DNA of 64,000 nt from an uncultured Gammaproteobacteria bacterium. Lineage in GTDB: Bacteria; Patescibacteriota; Patescibacteriia; Patescibacteriales; BS150m-G62. How positions within the stretch are numbered: position 1 is the stretch's first letter; the number at the start of each line of letters is the position of its first letter. Of the stretch, positions 46,507 through 56,634 are shown one piece after another. The stretch is taken from contig CAZMSR010000002.1 in assembly GCA_964569045.1 (NCBI GenBank), positions 43,272 through 107,271 of the forward strand, read 5' to 3'. The position numbers and the translations under genes are program-made. Below the pieces are notes generated by a model. The model saw nothing but the letters and a program-made list of their open reading frames with translations, had not been told where the DNA came from and did not search any database.

Positions 46507-47457
46507 TTACTCGTTTGAAATTTCTGTAACTTTTCTAGGTGATCTTACTAATCCACTTTTTCCATTTCCGAGTTGACCATAAGTATTTAACCCCCATGTA
46601 TAAACATTATTTTCTTGAGTTAAAGCTACGCTGTGGCTGTAGCTACCATCAACTTCGATGACATTTTCAATTCCCTTAACTTGAGTGACAATATTGATAT
46701 TATTAAAGTGCTCTAATCCAAGTTCTCCGCTATGATTTCTCCCCCATGCCCAAAGGCCATAATTTTGATCAATAGCGAAAGAATGGTAATCTCCACTTGA
46801 AATAAAAATTATATCACTTAATGCGACGCTATTAACAGGAGTGATAACCCAATCAGTAAATCCGCCTGTCCCCACTTGACCAAAAATATTATTACCCCAA
46901 ATGTGTGCAAGACCATCTTTATTAAGGGACATGCTGTGACTATGACCAGCATTAACAATAGTAATATTTTCCAACATTCCAGCTCTTACAGGTATTATAG
47001 AATCTTTCATAAAACCATCACTACCATTTCCTAATTCCCCCAAGTGATTGCGACCACAGCCATAAACTTCACCTTCTGCATTAACATATAAAGCGTGATG
47101 ATTTCCAATGGAAACTGTTGAGATATTTTTTAATCTCTCAATTTTTACAGGTGATGATGAATATTCAAATTCATTATTGCAAAACAAGCCTTCGTGGTTA
47201 TCTCCCCATCCAAAAATCTCTCCTTGATCAGTTAACGCAATTACTGATTGATTACCGGCAGAAATGAAAACAACGTTATATAAGTCAGCAATTTGAATTG
47301 GTTCAGCGGATTGGGTGCTTGTAAAATTAGCACCAAGTTGACCATATTCATTATTGCCCCAAGCCCAAACCGTCCCATCATTTTTTAATGCATATGTAGT
47401 ATAAGAACCGGTTGTGATCTGAACCACATCACTAATACTAGCAGCAACTGGATTCAT
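46507..47457 (-). CDS. RCC1-repeat (beta-propeller) protein, probably 5'-truncated
   Basis: Repeated blades ...DGTVWAWGNNEYGQLG..., ...GEIFGWGDNHEGL..., ...VYGCGRNHLGELG.... The frame stays open upstream to 47565 and encodes another blade, but there is no start codon there and a TAG at 47566-47568. Confidence 0.7.
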   Translation of the reverse strand: MNPVAASISDVVQITTGSYTTYALKNDGTVWAWGNNEYGQLGANFTSTQSAEPIQIADLYNVVFISAGNQSVIALTDQGEIFGWGDNHEGLFCNNEFEYSSSPVKIERLKNISTVSIGNHHALYVNAEGEVYGCGRNHLGELGNGSDGFMKDSIIPVRAGMLENITIVNAGHSHSMSLNKDGLAHIWGNNIFGQVGTGGFTDWVITPVNSVALSDIIFISSGDYHSFAIDQNYGLWAWGRNHSGELGLEHFNNINIVTQVKGIENVIEVDGSYSHSVALTQENNVYTWGLNTYGQLGNGKSGLVRSPRKVTEISNE

Positions 47458-47766
47458 ACTTATTATCTTATTAGCGATTCCAAGTTGACCATATTCATTA
47501 TTGCCCCAAGCCCAAACCGTCCCATCATTTTTAAGTACAGCAGTAATGAGGTGGACTGATACACTCTATTGCTCTTTTTTTGTTAATATGATAAGTTGTT
47601 TTTAACAATTAAAACCTTTCCCATACTCTCCCTTTGCGGGAGTCTATCTGTTGGTTAAATCGCGGCAGAAAAGGTATTCTTCTTATTAGAATCTCAACAT
47701 AAATCGAAGAATGCTTGGGATTTTTTGTTGTATTACTTGAAAAAAATAATTTATTTTTAATAAAAT

Positions 47767-48405
47767 ATGTCCAAAACAAAACAAGGCAATATAGGTAAAT
47801 TTGAATTACTTTATATTGTATCTAATAAATTTTCTGAAGATGAAGTTAATGAAATTAAGCCTAAAATTGATGAAATAATTACAAAAAACACAGGAAAAAT
47901 TATTAAAACTCAAGATTGGGGCAAAAGAAGACTTGCTTACCCAATTAAAAAATTTAGCTTTGGGTATTATATACTTGTTATTTTTGAAGTTGACAGAAAA
48001 AAAATTGCAAGCATTAACACTTTAATGAATCAGATGCGAGAAATTTTAAGATTTAGCATTGTTAAATACATAAAACCATACGAAATAAAAGTAGGCTTAC
48101 CGGAACCGCCTAATACAAATGCAAAAAAAGAATTCAGAAGACCGGACAATTCACAAGAAGTGGAGATAAAAAGAAAATCTGAAAACGCAGCAGAAATTAA
48201 AATCGCAACTGAAAGTAAAACAAAAACAGAAGAAGACTCTCAAAAAAACAAAAAAGCGGAACCTAAAAAAATTAAATCTACAGAAAATAAAGAAAAAGAA
48301 TTAAAAGAAGAAAAAACTAAAAAAGACAAAGAAACTACAAAAAAAGAAGACGACAACCTTGATGAAAAATTAGATAATATTTTAGAGGCAAAAGATTTAT
48401 TTTAA
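47767..48405 (+). CDS. rpsF: 30S ribosomal protein S6 with ~100-aa K/E-rich C-terminal extension
   Basis: YELLYIV...WGKRRLAYPI core. Gene order rpsF-ssb-rpsR. Confidence 0.85.
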   Translation: MSKTKQGNIGKFELLYIVSNKFSEDEVNEIKPKIDEIITKNTGKIIKTQDWGKRRLAYPIKKFSFGYYILVIFEVDRKKIASINTLMNQMREILRFSIVKYIKPYEIKVGLPEPPNTNAKKEFRRPDNSQEVEIKRKSENAAEIKIATESKTKTEEDSQKNKKAEPKKIKSTENKEKELKEEKTKKDKETTKKEDDNLDEKLDNILEAKDLF

Positions 48406-48435
48406 AAAACTAATTAACTATTTATTTTAAATAAT

Positions 48436-48981
48436 ATGGACTTAAACAAAACCATGCTTATTGGCAGAATAACTCAAGACCCGGAATTAAAAACAACACC
48501 TACCGGTCAATCTGTAGCATCATTTAGCTTAGCCACAAATTGGACTGATCAAACCGGACAAAAACAAGAAAGAGTTGAATTCCACAACATAGTTGCCTGG
48601 AGAAGGTTAGGGGAAATTTGTGGTCAATACTTACGTAAAGGATCAAAAGTGTATATAGAAGGTCATCTTGAAACAAGAAATTGGACAGCGCAAGATGGTA
48701 CAAAAAGATACAGAACAGAAATTATTGCAAATAACATGATTATGCTTGATAGCAAAGGTGGAGGCGCTGCACCAATGCCCGGAAACACCCCGGGATTTAC
48801 TTCTAGCGCGCAAGGGCAGGCTCCGACACAAAACTTTTCGCCAACAGCTCCAAGGCAAGCTGCTCCGCAAATCAACAATGAACCACCAACTATTAGCCAA
48901 GAAGATCCGGTTAAAGAACCAATGAGTGGCGAAGCGAATCCACAAGAAGATGATATTAAAGTTGAAGATATACCATTCTAA
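48436..48981 (+). CDS. ssb: Single-stranded DNA-binding protein
   Basis: OB fold (NKTMLIGRITQDPELKTTPTGQSVASFSLA...), Gly/Pro/Gln-rich linker, acidic tail ending DDIKVEDIPF. Confidence 0.95.
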   Translation: MDLNKTMLIGRITQDPELKTTPTGQSVASFSLATNWTDQTGQKQERVEFHNIVAWRRLGEICGQYLRKGSKVYIEGHLETRNWTAQDGTKRYRTEIIANNMIMLDSKGGGAAPMPGNTPGFTSSAQGQAPTQNFSPTAPRQAAPQINNEPPTISQEDPVKEPMSGEANPQEDDIKVEDIPF

Positions 48982-49020
48982 TCTAGAAAATTATTAAATT
49001 ATTCAATATAACCTAAAAAA

Positions 49021-49245
49021 ATGGCAAACAATAAAACAACAATTAGTGATGCTTGTTTTTACTGCATAAATAATGTTGATGAAATTGACTACAAAAATGT
49101 AAGATCATTATACCCTTTTATTAGCGGGTATAAAAAAATACTACCTCGTAAAAAAACAGAATTATGTGCTAAACACCAACGCAAATTTATGAAATCTGTA
49201 AAACTAGCCAGAGTAATGGCACTACTTCCATTTACTAATAGATAA
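49021..49245 (+). CDS. rpsR: 30S ribosomal protein S18
   Basis: C.YC....IDYKN...L..FIS...KILPR..T..C.KHQR conserved pattern. Confidence 0.9.
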   Translation: MANNKTTISDACFYCINNVDEIDYKNVRSLYPFISGYKKILPRKKTELCAKHQRKFMKSVKLARVMALLPFTNR

Positions 49246-49281
49246 ATAAGTAAAATCATATTACTTTTTAAAATTTAACTA

Positions 49282-49839
49282 ATGCTTGCAATAAATCAAA
49301 TTAAAGTTGGCAAAATTATTAAAATTAGTAATGAGCCATACATTGTAACAAAAACAGATCACCATAAAATGGGAAGAGGCGGAGCCGTTTTAAAAACAAA
49401 ATTAAAAAACTTAATAAACGGATCTGTGCTTGAGAGAACTTTCCAAGGCAACGACAAGGCGGAACCGGCTGAAACTGAAAAAAAATCAGCTAATTTTCTT
49501 TACAAAGATGGAGATAATGCTCATTTTATGGATAACACTAATTATGAACAATTTTCATTACCAATTAGCACAATCGGAGAAAATCATAAATTTTTAAAAG
49601 AAGGTATGAAAGTTTTAGTGTTACATTATGATAATAATCCTGTAGCGGTTGAATTACCGATTAAAATTGAACTAAAGGTAACAAGCGCTCCTCCGGGAGT
49701 AAAAGGAAATACTGCCGGAAACACAAATAAAACAATAGAACTTGAAACAGGCGCAGAAATCGGAGCACCTTTATTTATAAATAAAGGTGACACTATTCGC
49801 ATAAACACTGAAACCGGAGAGTATGTTGAAAGGGTTTAA
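49282..49839 (+). CDS. efp: Elongation factor P
   Basis: 185 aa. ...HHKMGRGGAVLKTKLKNL..G... KOW/OB architecture. Confidence 0.94.
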   Translation: MLAINQIKVGKIIKISNEPYIVTKTDHHKMGRGGAVLKTKLKNLINGSVLERTFQGNDKAEPAETEKKSANFLYKDGDNAHFMDNTNYEQFSLPISTIGENHKFLKEGMKVLVLHYDNNPVAVELPIKIELKVTSAPPGVKGNTAGNTNKTIELETGAEIGAPLFINKGDTIRINTETGEYVERV

Positions 49840-50909
49840 CTTAAATTCTCTTTAAACCAATCCACCCAAGGGTTAGGGATTGGATTTTCTTCATTTAACA
49901 TGGCTAAGTAATATGTTGTGTATGAGGCAAATTGGAGCATTTCCATGGATTGCTCTATTTTTGTTTTACCTTGAAGTTTGTGGCTTAGCACTTTTATTCC
50001 ATTTTTTTCAATAACTTTTTTAGTTAAATCTGCTCTTTCTTGAATACGCGAAGTATACAAATCTGAATCAAAAAATAAAAAAACTAAATTATTTTTATTA
50101 TTATCCGGATGCGATAATCCTTCCATTGCAAAATGATTTAAATCCGGCAATACTAAATAGCCGGCAAAATTTTTAGCTGTTTCGCAAAATTGATTGCGCA
50201 TTATAAATGCATTGCCTTCTAAAAATTCAGCGCTCGCTATAACTATGTTTTTACCCTTTAATTTTACAGCCGACTTTTTTGCTAAATTAACTTCACTCCC
50301 TGCCTCTGGGCGTAGCTTTCTATCTTGCACTTCCATTATATTAATAACTCTTTCAATGGCTGCGACATCTAAATTAAGTGCACCGGATTTAGCTAAAATA
50401 ACAGCTAAACCAAATACTGCATAACCGACCGCTAATCTTGGAGAATTGGCCGGGTTAAACTTTGGATCAAAAACATAACCGGGAATATTATTTTCTATCA
50501 TTATCTTTTCTAAAGCTTTACCGCTTTTTGAAGTAATAGCAAGAAGCTTAGCACCTCTTTTTTTAGCTTCAGGATAAACACTTAAAACTTCCTCTGTTGT
50601 GCCTGAATAACTAGAAAGGACAAAAAGAGTTGTTTTATCAACATAACCGGGAACCTCATATCCGGCTAAAATATCAAGCGGAACTTTTAAATCTTGGGAA
50701 AACAACACCTTAGCAATGCGCGCACCTAAGTTTGACCCGCCCATTCCGGCCACTACAATATTTTTTATCTCACTATATTCTTTAGGAATTTTTATTAAAA
50801 GAGAATCATTTATTACTTGCCTTATTTGATCCGGCAAAAGTTCAAGCGATTTATAGCCGGCGCTTTTGTCTATTTTATTTATATAATTTATATTGTCTAA
50901 AATATTCAT
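49836..50909 (-). CDS. pgi: SIS-domain bifunctional phosphoglucose/phosphomannose isomerase
   Basis: Two SIS-like halves (VVAGMGGSNLGA..., SYSGTTEE). The ATG at 50909 (MNILDNINY) is preferred, because the track start at 50963 would overlap the upstream gene. Confidence 0.62.
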   Translation of the reverse strand: MNILDNINYINKIDKSAGYKSLELLPDQIRQVINDSLLIKIPKEYSEIKNIVVAGMGGSNLGARIAKVLFSQDLKVPLDILAGYEVPGYVDKTTLFVLSSYSGTTEEVLSVYPEAKKRGAKLLAITSKSGKALEKIMIENNIPGYVFDPKFNPANSPRLAVGYAVFGLAVILAKSGALNLDVAAIERVINIMEVQDRKLRPEAGSEVNLAKKSAVKLKGKNIVIASAEFLEGNAFIMRNQFCETAKNFAGYLVLPDLNHFAMEGLSHPDNNKNNLVFLFFDSDLYTSRIQERADLTKKVIEKNGIKVLSHKLQGKTKIEQSMEMLQFASYTTYYLAMLNEENPIPNPWVDWFKENLS

Positions 50910-50937
50910 AATTACGTAAAATAATTTTAAAATATAA

Positions 50938-51294
50938 TCACAAAGGAGGCTTATCTGACCCAAGAAACTTAAATCTTTCTACAAAAGCATTATATTCTGA
51001 TAAATCATCCTGAAACGTTTTTTGTGGAGATGGGATATCTCTTCCCATAATTCCTTCTGAAATATCGTGTATTAAAAGAGCTGACAACACCAAGGCCTGA
51101 TCTATTCCGGCAGAATAATCATGAGCAAGATCAAAATACATCATACCAAGCAAAGAAATCCCAAGAGTATGCTCTGCATTATTCTGAATCCTAACACCAC
51201 TGTAATGAAAAAGCTTCCACCTTTTAACTTGCGACATCTCTACTTGAGATTGCCTCCAAATAGTCATAACTTCCAACCATTCATTCAGATTCAT
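50938..51294 (-). CDS. Small HD-domain protein (possible truncated YfbR-like phosphohydrolase)
   Basis: NAEHTL ... LLIHDISEG gives an H...HD pattern. At 118 aa it is short for the family. Confidence 0.45.
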   Translation of the reverse strand: MNLNEWLEVMTIWRQSQVEMSQVKRWKLFHYSGVRIQNNAEHTLGISLLGMMYFDLAHDYSAGIDQALVLSALLIHDISEGIMGRDIPSPQKTFQDDLSEYNAFVERFKFLGSDKPPL

Positions 51295-51479
51295 AGCAAG
51301 CCTCCTCTACATTTGGAAATCAAGCTTCCAGTAAAAACTTCCTAATAGTAACCTATACTCAGAAACCAGGTTAAAATGAACAAATTCCAAAACTATTAAT
51401 GCGCTCTATATATCATAAAAAATAAATAAAACAAACGACTACTTAATAGCCACCTAGATAAAGTATAAATTATAATATT

Positions 51480-52328
51480 CTATTTAGTCAATCTATTCCA
51501 ATCAGATGCAAATTTTTCAAGACCTTTTTTTGTTAAATCATGCTCTATGTTAAAATTTTGCCAATTTTTATTTAAATCTAAATCTTTATACAAAATACAA
51601 GCCCTGCCTTGATGACTATGACTATATTTTTCTTTTGACATTGACTTATCTGTTTGTGCCCAATCCTTTAATACTGTAATTGGAATTGTTACTATGTCCG
51701 GCTTTAATTTAAATGCATCTATTAAATGTTCTGAATTTCTAATGCTTGCTACCAAAACTTTAACATGCCCATCGCCAACCTTATACATTTTCATAATATT
51801 TTCAACTAAGTCAAGCCCTTCTAAGCCAATATCATCTAAACGACCATCAAAAGGGGAGATAAATACTTGCCCCGGCTTTGCTCCTTTGGTAGCACCGTAT
51901 ACTGCTGCCGCCTGCTCTTGCGAAAAACAAAGAGTCATATTTAAACGCATGCCGTTTTGTGATAAAACTTGCGCTGCTTCCAGACCATTTTTTGTAATCG
52001 GAATTTTTATATAAGCATTATCGCACCAATTGTACATAGCATTTGCTTCTTTTATTATTTGATCTTTGGTTGTATTTGCATCAACGTAAACTTCTATTGA
52101 AATTGCTCCTCCGGGAATAAGCGCAGCAATTTCAGTTATTACTTTTTTATAAAAAATATTTAACTCATCTTTACTAAATTTTTCGCCTTCTAGAATACGC
52201 TTTTTTGCGCTTGGGTTCTTTGCTATTAAACTTGGATTAGTTGTTTGCCCGGCTAAACCTCCAAATAAAGTTAAAGCTTCACGAGTATCTTCCGGACTAC
52301 CGGAGTCTAAAAATATTTTGGTTTGCAT
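51480..52328 (-). CDS. tal: Transaldolase-family protein
   Basis: FLDSG...GQTTNPSL, active-site region AYIKIPIT, SPFDGRLDD. Confidence 0.85.
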   Translation of the reverse strand: MQTKIFLDSGSPEDTREALTLFGGLAGQTTNPSLIAKNPSAKKRILEGEKFSKDELNIFYKKVITEIAALIPGGAISIEVYVDANTTKDQIIKEANAMYNWCDNAYIKIPITKNGLEAAQVLSQNGMRLNMTLCFSQEQAAAVYGATKGAKPGQVFISPFDGRLDDIGLEGLDLVENIMKMYKVGDGHVKVLVASIRNSEHLIDAFKLKPDIVTIPITVLKDWAQTDKSMSKEKYSHSHQGRACILYKDLDLNKNWQNFNIEHDLTKKGLEKFASDWNRLTK

Positions 52329-52329
52329 A

Positions 52330-53055
52330 TTATTTATTTTTTATTATTTTCTTAATTAACATAACTGCTTGGTCTGCAGTATCAACTAAATAGTAAAGCT
52401 TTAAATCTTTTTTTGAAATTGCTTTGTTTTCTTTGTAAAGCGTATTTTCTATCCAATCAAGAAGGGGAGACCAGTATTCTTTTCCGACTAAGATTATTGG
52501 AATTTGTTTTAACTTTTTAGTCTGAATTAAAGTAATTAACTCAAAAAATTCATCAAGCGTTCCAAAACCGCCGGGAAAATACACATAAACTTGCGAAACA
52601 AAAGAAAGCATAACTTTGCGTACAAAAAAGTAATCAAAGGTCATTGCTTCAGCAACATACCGATTACGGACTTCTGTTGGCCCCCCATTACCAAGCTTAA
52701 TATTTAAACCGGCAGATTTCCCGCCAGCATCTGCCGCTCCTTTGTTGGCAGCTTCCATGATTCCCGGTCCTCCGCCGGTTACAACTGCAAAACCCATATT
52801 AGCAAGCTTAGCACCTAAACTTTCAGCTTCTCTATATGGCTCATCTTTAAGTGTGCACCTAGCTGAACCAAATATGCTCACTGCTGCTGAATATTTATTT
52901 ATAAACTCAAATCCGGAAACAAATTCTGCCATTATTTTAAATATTCTCCAAGATTCAATTTCACCATCATGCAGCTTAATAACTTCGAGTGGCTTGTCTC
53001 GAGTTAAACGAAATGTTTTATGAATTGGCTCAATTTTTACTGATGTTTTTTTCAT
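52330..53055 (-). CDS. LOG-family (TIGR00730) nucleotide phosphoribohydrolase-like protein
   Basis: GGGPGIMEAANKGA and PGGFGTLDEFFE signature motifs. Confidence 0.82.
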   Translation of the reverse strand: MKKTSVKIEPIHKTFRLTRDKPLEVIKLHDGEIESWRIFKIMAEFVSGFEFINKYSAAVSIFGSARCTLKDEPYREAESLGAKLANMGFAVVTGGGPGIMEAANKGAADAGGKSAGLNIKLGNGGPTEVRNRYVAEAMTFDYFFVRKVMLSFVSQVYVYFPGGFGTLDEFFELITLIQTKKLKQIPIILVGKEYWSPLLDWIENTLYKENKAISKKDLKLYYLVDTADQAVMLIKKIIKNK

Positions 53056-53061
53056 TTTAAA

Positions 53062-55101
53062 TTATTTTTTATAATATTTATTTATTTTTGCTAAAATATT
53101 TTTTTCGCTAAAACCAAATTTTTCCATATTAATTGCGCCGGGTGCTGAAGCACCATATTTTTCTATACTAATAATTAACCCAAACTCCCCTACGTACTTT
53201 TCCCACCCCTGGGCTACGCCAGCTTCTATTGAAACACGTTTTTTAATTTTAAGTGGCAGCACGTTTTCTTTGTATTTTTGACTTTGAAGTTCAAATAGCT
53301 CAAAAGAAGGCATACTTACCACCCTTGCTTTAATGCTTTTTTGATTTAATTTTAATGCTACTTTTAAGGCCAGGCTTACTTCTGAGCCTGTAGCTATTAA
53401 AATCAAATCAGGGTTATTAACTTCAGGATTTAATACATAAGCGCCACGCTTTAAATTATTCGCATTTGCAAAAGACTCTTGATTGATTAATGGCAATCTT
53501 TGCCTGGTTAATATTAATGCTGTGGGGCCCTTTTTATTATTAACCGCAGCCTCCCATGCCACCACCACTTCATTAGCATCTGCCGGTCTAATTAGAGTTA
53601 AATTTGGCATAGCACGTAAGCTTGCTAAATGCTCTATTGGTTCGTGAGTTGGCCCATCTTCTCCAAGTGCTATAGAGTCATGAGTTAAAACGTATATAAC
53701 TCGATGTTTTGAGAGTGCAGCAAGGCGCATAGCCGGTCGCATATAGTCTGAAAAAACTAAAAAAGTTCCGCCAAACGGTTTAATGCCGGGAGTTAAAGCT
53801 AAGCCGTTTAAGCAAGCAGCCATGGCATGCTCTCTTATGCCAAAATGAATATTACGAGCAGACTTATCACTAAAAAGACAAGCAGTTTCACCTTTTTCAT
53901 TAATCCAAGTTTTAGTAGAAGGTGCTAAGTCGGCTGAACCTCCTAAAAAAAGCGGATAATTTTGTGCAATTGCATTTATTACTGCTCCAGAGACTTCCCT
54001 AGTAGAATAATCCTTGCATTTAACTTGCATTGCACAATTATAGTTATTCTTAAAGCTTTTTGAAGTTATTGTTTTATTCCAATTACTTGGCAATTTTCCT
54101 TTTATTGCACTTTCTAACTCTAGAGCTAATTGCGGACATTTCTTTTTATAATCGCTAAATTTTTTATTCCAGGCATTTTCTAATTCCTTGCCCTGACTCA
54201 CTTTAAATCTAAATTTATTTAAAGCTTTACTTGGAATATAGAATTCTTTATGAGGCCAATTTAAATTATTGCGTAATAATTTTACTTCGTCTTGCCCAAG
54301 AGGCTCACCATGAGCCTTGGCTGTCCCCTGTTTATTTGGTGCCCCATAGCCAATTTTATTTTTTACAATAATTAAACTTGGCTTTTTATACTTTTTAGCA
54401 TGAGCTATTGCGTTTTTAATGTCTTGTAAATTATTGCCATTATTTATTAATAAAACATGCCAACCCAAGGCTTTATATTTTTTTTCTACATCTTCGCAAT
54501 AGGTTAAACTAGTATTACCTTCAATTGAAATATTATTTGAATCGTATAAATAAACAATATTATCTAGCTTAAGACTACCGGCTAATGAAGCGGCTTCGTT
54601 AGTTAAGCCTTCCATCAAATCTCCATCACTAACAATACCGTATATATTATAATCTATTATGCTTTGACCGCGCTTATTAAAATAGCCTTTTAAAATTTTC
54701 TCGCCAATAGCAAACCCAACACCGGTAGCAAAACCCTGACCAAGTGGTCCGGTTGTGCATTCTACTCCCGGAGTTAAACCATGTTCCGGATGACCGGGAG
54801 TTATACTCCCCCACTGTCTAAAACTTTTAATATCATTCAAGCTTACCTTATAGCCCGTTAAATGAAGCAAACTATATAGCAAAGCCGAACCATGCCCGGC
54901 TGACAAAATAAACCTATCGCGATTAATCCAAGATGGATTAGAGGGATTAAAACGCAAAAATTGACTCCATAAAACATACGCCATTGGTGCAGCTCCTAAA
55001 GGTAACCCGGGGTGTCCTGATTTAGCCTTTTCAATCATATCTACACTTAACATCCTTAGTGTATTTACGCACAAATTGTCTAAATTATTATTTTTATTCA
55101 T
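53062..55101 (-). CDS. tkt: Transketolase
   Basis: SGHPG..LGAAPMAY, GDGDLMEG-like SDGDLMEG, THDSIALGEDGPTHEPIE. Confidence 0.96.
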   Translation of the reverse strand: MNKNNNLDNLCVNTLRMLSVDMIEKAKSGHPGLPLGAAPMAYVLWSQFLRFNPSNPSWINRDRFILSAGHGSALLYSLLHLTGYKVSLNDIKSFRQWGSITPGHPEHGLTPGVECTTGPLGQGFATGVGFAIGEKILKGYFNKRGQSIIDYNIYGIVSDGDLMEGLTNEAASLAGSLKLDNIVYLYDSNNISIEGNTSLTYCEDVEKKYKALGWHVLLINNGNNLQDIKNAIAHAKKYKKPSLIIVKNKIGYGAPNKQGTAKAHGEPLGQDEVKLLRNNLNWPHKEFYIPSKALNKFRFKVSQGKELENAWNKKFSDYKKKCPQLALELESAIKGKLPSNWNKTITSKSFKNNYNCAMQVKCKDYSTREVSGAVINAIAQNYPLFLGGSADLAPSTKTWINEKGETACLFSDKSARNIHFGIREHAMAACLNGLALTPGIKPFGGTFLVFSDYMRPAMRLAALSKHRVIYVLTHDSIALGEDGPTHEPIEHLASLRAMPNLTLIRPADANEVVVAWEAAVNNKKGPTALILTRQRLPLINQESFANANNLKRGAYVLNPEVNNPDLILIATGSEVSLALKVALKLNQKSIKARVVSMPSFELFELQSQKYKENVLPLKIKKRVSIEAGVAQGWEKYVGEFGLIISIEKYGASAPGAINMEKFGFSEKNILAKINKYYKK

Positions 55102-55177
55102 TTTTTCTTTTTATCAAAACCATATACAAATAATAACATAAAATTGACTCGCACGCACATCAAGCTATAATACAAAG

Positions 55178-56242
55178 ATGAAAGATACGAATAGTAAAAA
55201 TAATAGTCAACATACTTGCGAAAAAATTATTGTAGATGGGCAAAAAATTAAAAAAGATGAATTAAAAGATATTTTTTCTAAAAAAAGAAAAAAATTTGAA
55301 GAACTTGGAGTTAGTGTAAAGGAATACTTAATTCGCCATTTAGATAATAAAGATATTAGCTTTTCTGATATTAATTTTAGGGTTAAAGACTTTAATTCTT
55401 TTTGGGGAAAAATTGTTAGAAAGCAGTACTATAAAGAGCCGTTTCAAAAAATCGATGACATATGCGGATTGCGGATAATTTACTATTATCCATCTGATTG
55501 CGCACAAATTATTAAATTAGTTAAAGATGAATTACATATTGTTGAGACAATAAATAAAAATCAAGAATTAGAATTTAATCAATTTGGTTATCGATCTAAT
55601 CATTTTGTAATAATGCCTCCAAGCAGAGTTAACTTAGACCCGCTTTTGCGAGGACTTGAGCAATTTAGAGCTGAAATTCAAATTAGAACGGTTTTAATGC
55701 ATGCCTGGGCAGAAATTGAACATAAATTAGCCTATAAAAGCAAAGACCAAATTCCGGATCGACTAAGAAGAAAATTTTCTCAACTATCGGCTTTATTTGA
55801 AATAGCCGACGAACGGTTTGAAGAAATAAGAGCAGAGAGAATTGAATTTATTGATAAACTAAAAGAACATACTTTATCTACCGGATGTTTTAATAAGAAT
55901 CTTGACTTGAATTTAGATACTTTTCAAGCTTTTTTAGATTATTATTTACCTAATCAAGAAAAAAACATTAAAAAATCAAGAGCCTTTTTAAATGAAATAT
56001 TACCTATGGGTCTAACTATAAAAAAACTAGTTGAAAGCTATGAAAACGCAGGATATTTAGTTAATGATCTAAAAAAAGAACTTAATATTAAAGAAAAATG
56101 GTCTCAAGTAGAAACCATTAGAGCTGTACTAGATTTAACTGATGATGTTTATTGGAACTCTAGAAAATTTAATATTTTAACCCTAGGTTATGTGCCATTT
56201 TGTGAAAAATACAGAAAAATCATAAAGTCAAAAATTTACTAA
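55178..56242 (+). CDS. RelA/SpoT-domain nucleotide pyrophosphokinase (stand-alone small alarmone synthetase type) with ~140-aa C-terminal extension
   Basis: Synthetase motifs RVKDFNSFWGKI, DICGLRII, FGYRSNHFVI, EIQIRTVLMHAWAEIEHKLAYK. No HD hydrolase domain and no TGS/ACT domains. Confidence 0.82.
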   Translation: MKDTNSKNNSQHTCEKIIVDGQKIKKDELKDIFSKKRKKFEELGVSVKEYLIRHLDNKDISFSDINFRVKDFNSFWGKIVRKQYYKEPFQKIDDICGLRIIYYYPSDCAQIIKLVKDELHIVETINKNQELEFNQFGYRSNHFVIMPPSRVNLDPLLRGLEQFRAEIQIRTVLMHAWAEIEHKLAYKSKDQIPDRLRRKFSQLSALFEIADERFEEIRAERIEFIDKLKEHTLSTGCFNKNLDLNLDTFQAFLDYYLPNQEKNIKKSRAFLNEILPMGLTIKKLVESYENAGYLVNDLKKELNIKEKWSQVETIRAVLDLTDDVYWNSRKFNILTLGYVPFCEKYRKIIKSKIY

Positions 56243-56355
56243 ACTAAATGTCAACCGACTCTTTATACATTTTCACTGAATACAATTTTTTTAAATATTT
56301 GACATATACTATTAATCATGATAACATAAATAAAATTTAAAAAAGGAGAGTACAA

Positions 56356-56631
56356 ATGAATGCTGAGTTTATCAAAAGTCAGGAAGCAAAACTATTAACT
56401 CGCCAAAAAAAGTATAAAAAATTGATAAATTCAAATAAACCTCCGATGCATGCTCATTTAAAAATAACTACATCTTTAAAATATATAAAAATCGCTTTAA
56501 ACCACATAAGGAAAGGAATTTATGGAACATGCATAGATTGTGAAGGTCAAATTCTACAAAAAAGACTCGAATCTGTTCCCGGGGCAATAAGATGTATAAC
56601 TTGCCAAACTCAAGAAGAACAGAAAGGCTAA
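56356..56631 (+). CDS. DksA/TraR-family C4 zinc-finger protein
   Basis: CIDCEGQI...(17 aa)...CITCQ four-Cys finger at the C-terminus. SD aaggag. Candidate promoter TTGACA-17-TAACAT at 56299-56327. Confidence 0.75.
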   Translation: MNAEFIKSQEAKLLTRQKKYKKLINSNKPPMHAHLKITTSLKYIKIALNHIRKGIYGTCIDCEGQILQKRLESVPGAIRCITCQTQEEQKG

Positions 56632-56634
56632 AAA

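Noticed and set aside
50910-50963. N-terminal extensions implied by the first-ATG ORF calls. Examples: pgi to 50963, recA to 14860, rny to 23440, the pilin-family gene to 16329.
   Set aside because: The extensions overlap upstream genes or add non-conserved hydrophobic residues ahead of canonical N-termini. Internal ATGs give conventional protein starts.
3927-53023. Remaining short antisense or overlapping track ORFs: 3927-4127, 6157-6513, 9171-9386, 9939-10175, 10248-10469, 11120-11446, 12847-13074, 13542-13769, 19664-19870, 21508-21843, 21818-22009, 22231-22488, 23256-23498, 24300-24548, 25400-25633, 31019-31201, 35420-35629, 40352-40537, 40687-40905, 42769-43047, 44161-44343, 48643-48945, 48663-48878, 49626-49808, 50194-50424, 51121-51345, 51694-52014, 52742-53023, 56468-56650, 60564-60983.
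   Set aside because: Each lies inside, mostly antisense to, a longer ORF with clear family motifs. They have biased composition and no ribosome-binding context.
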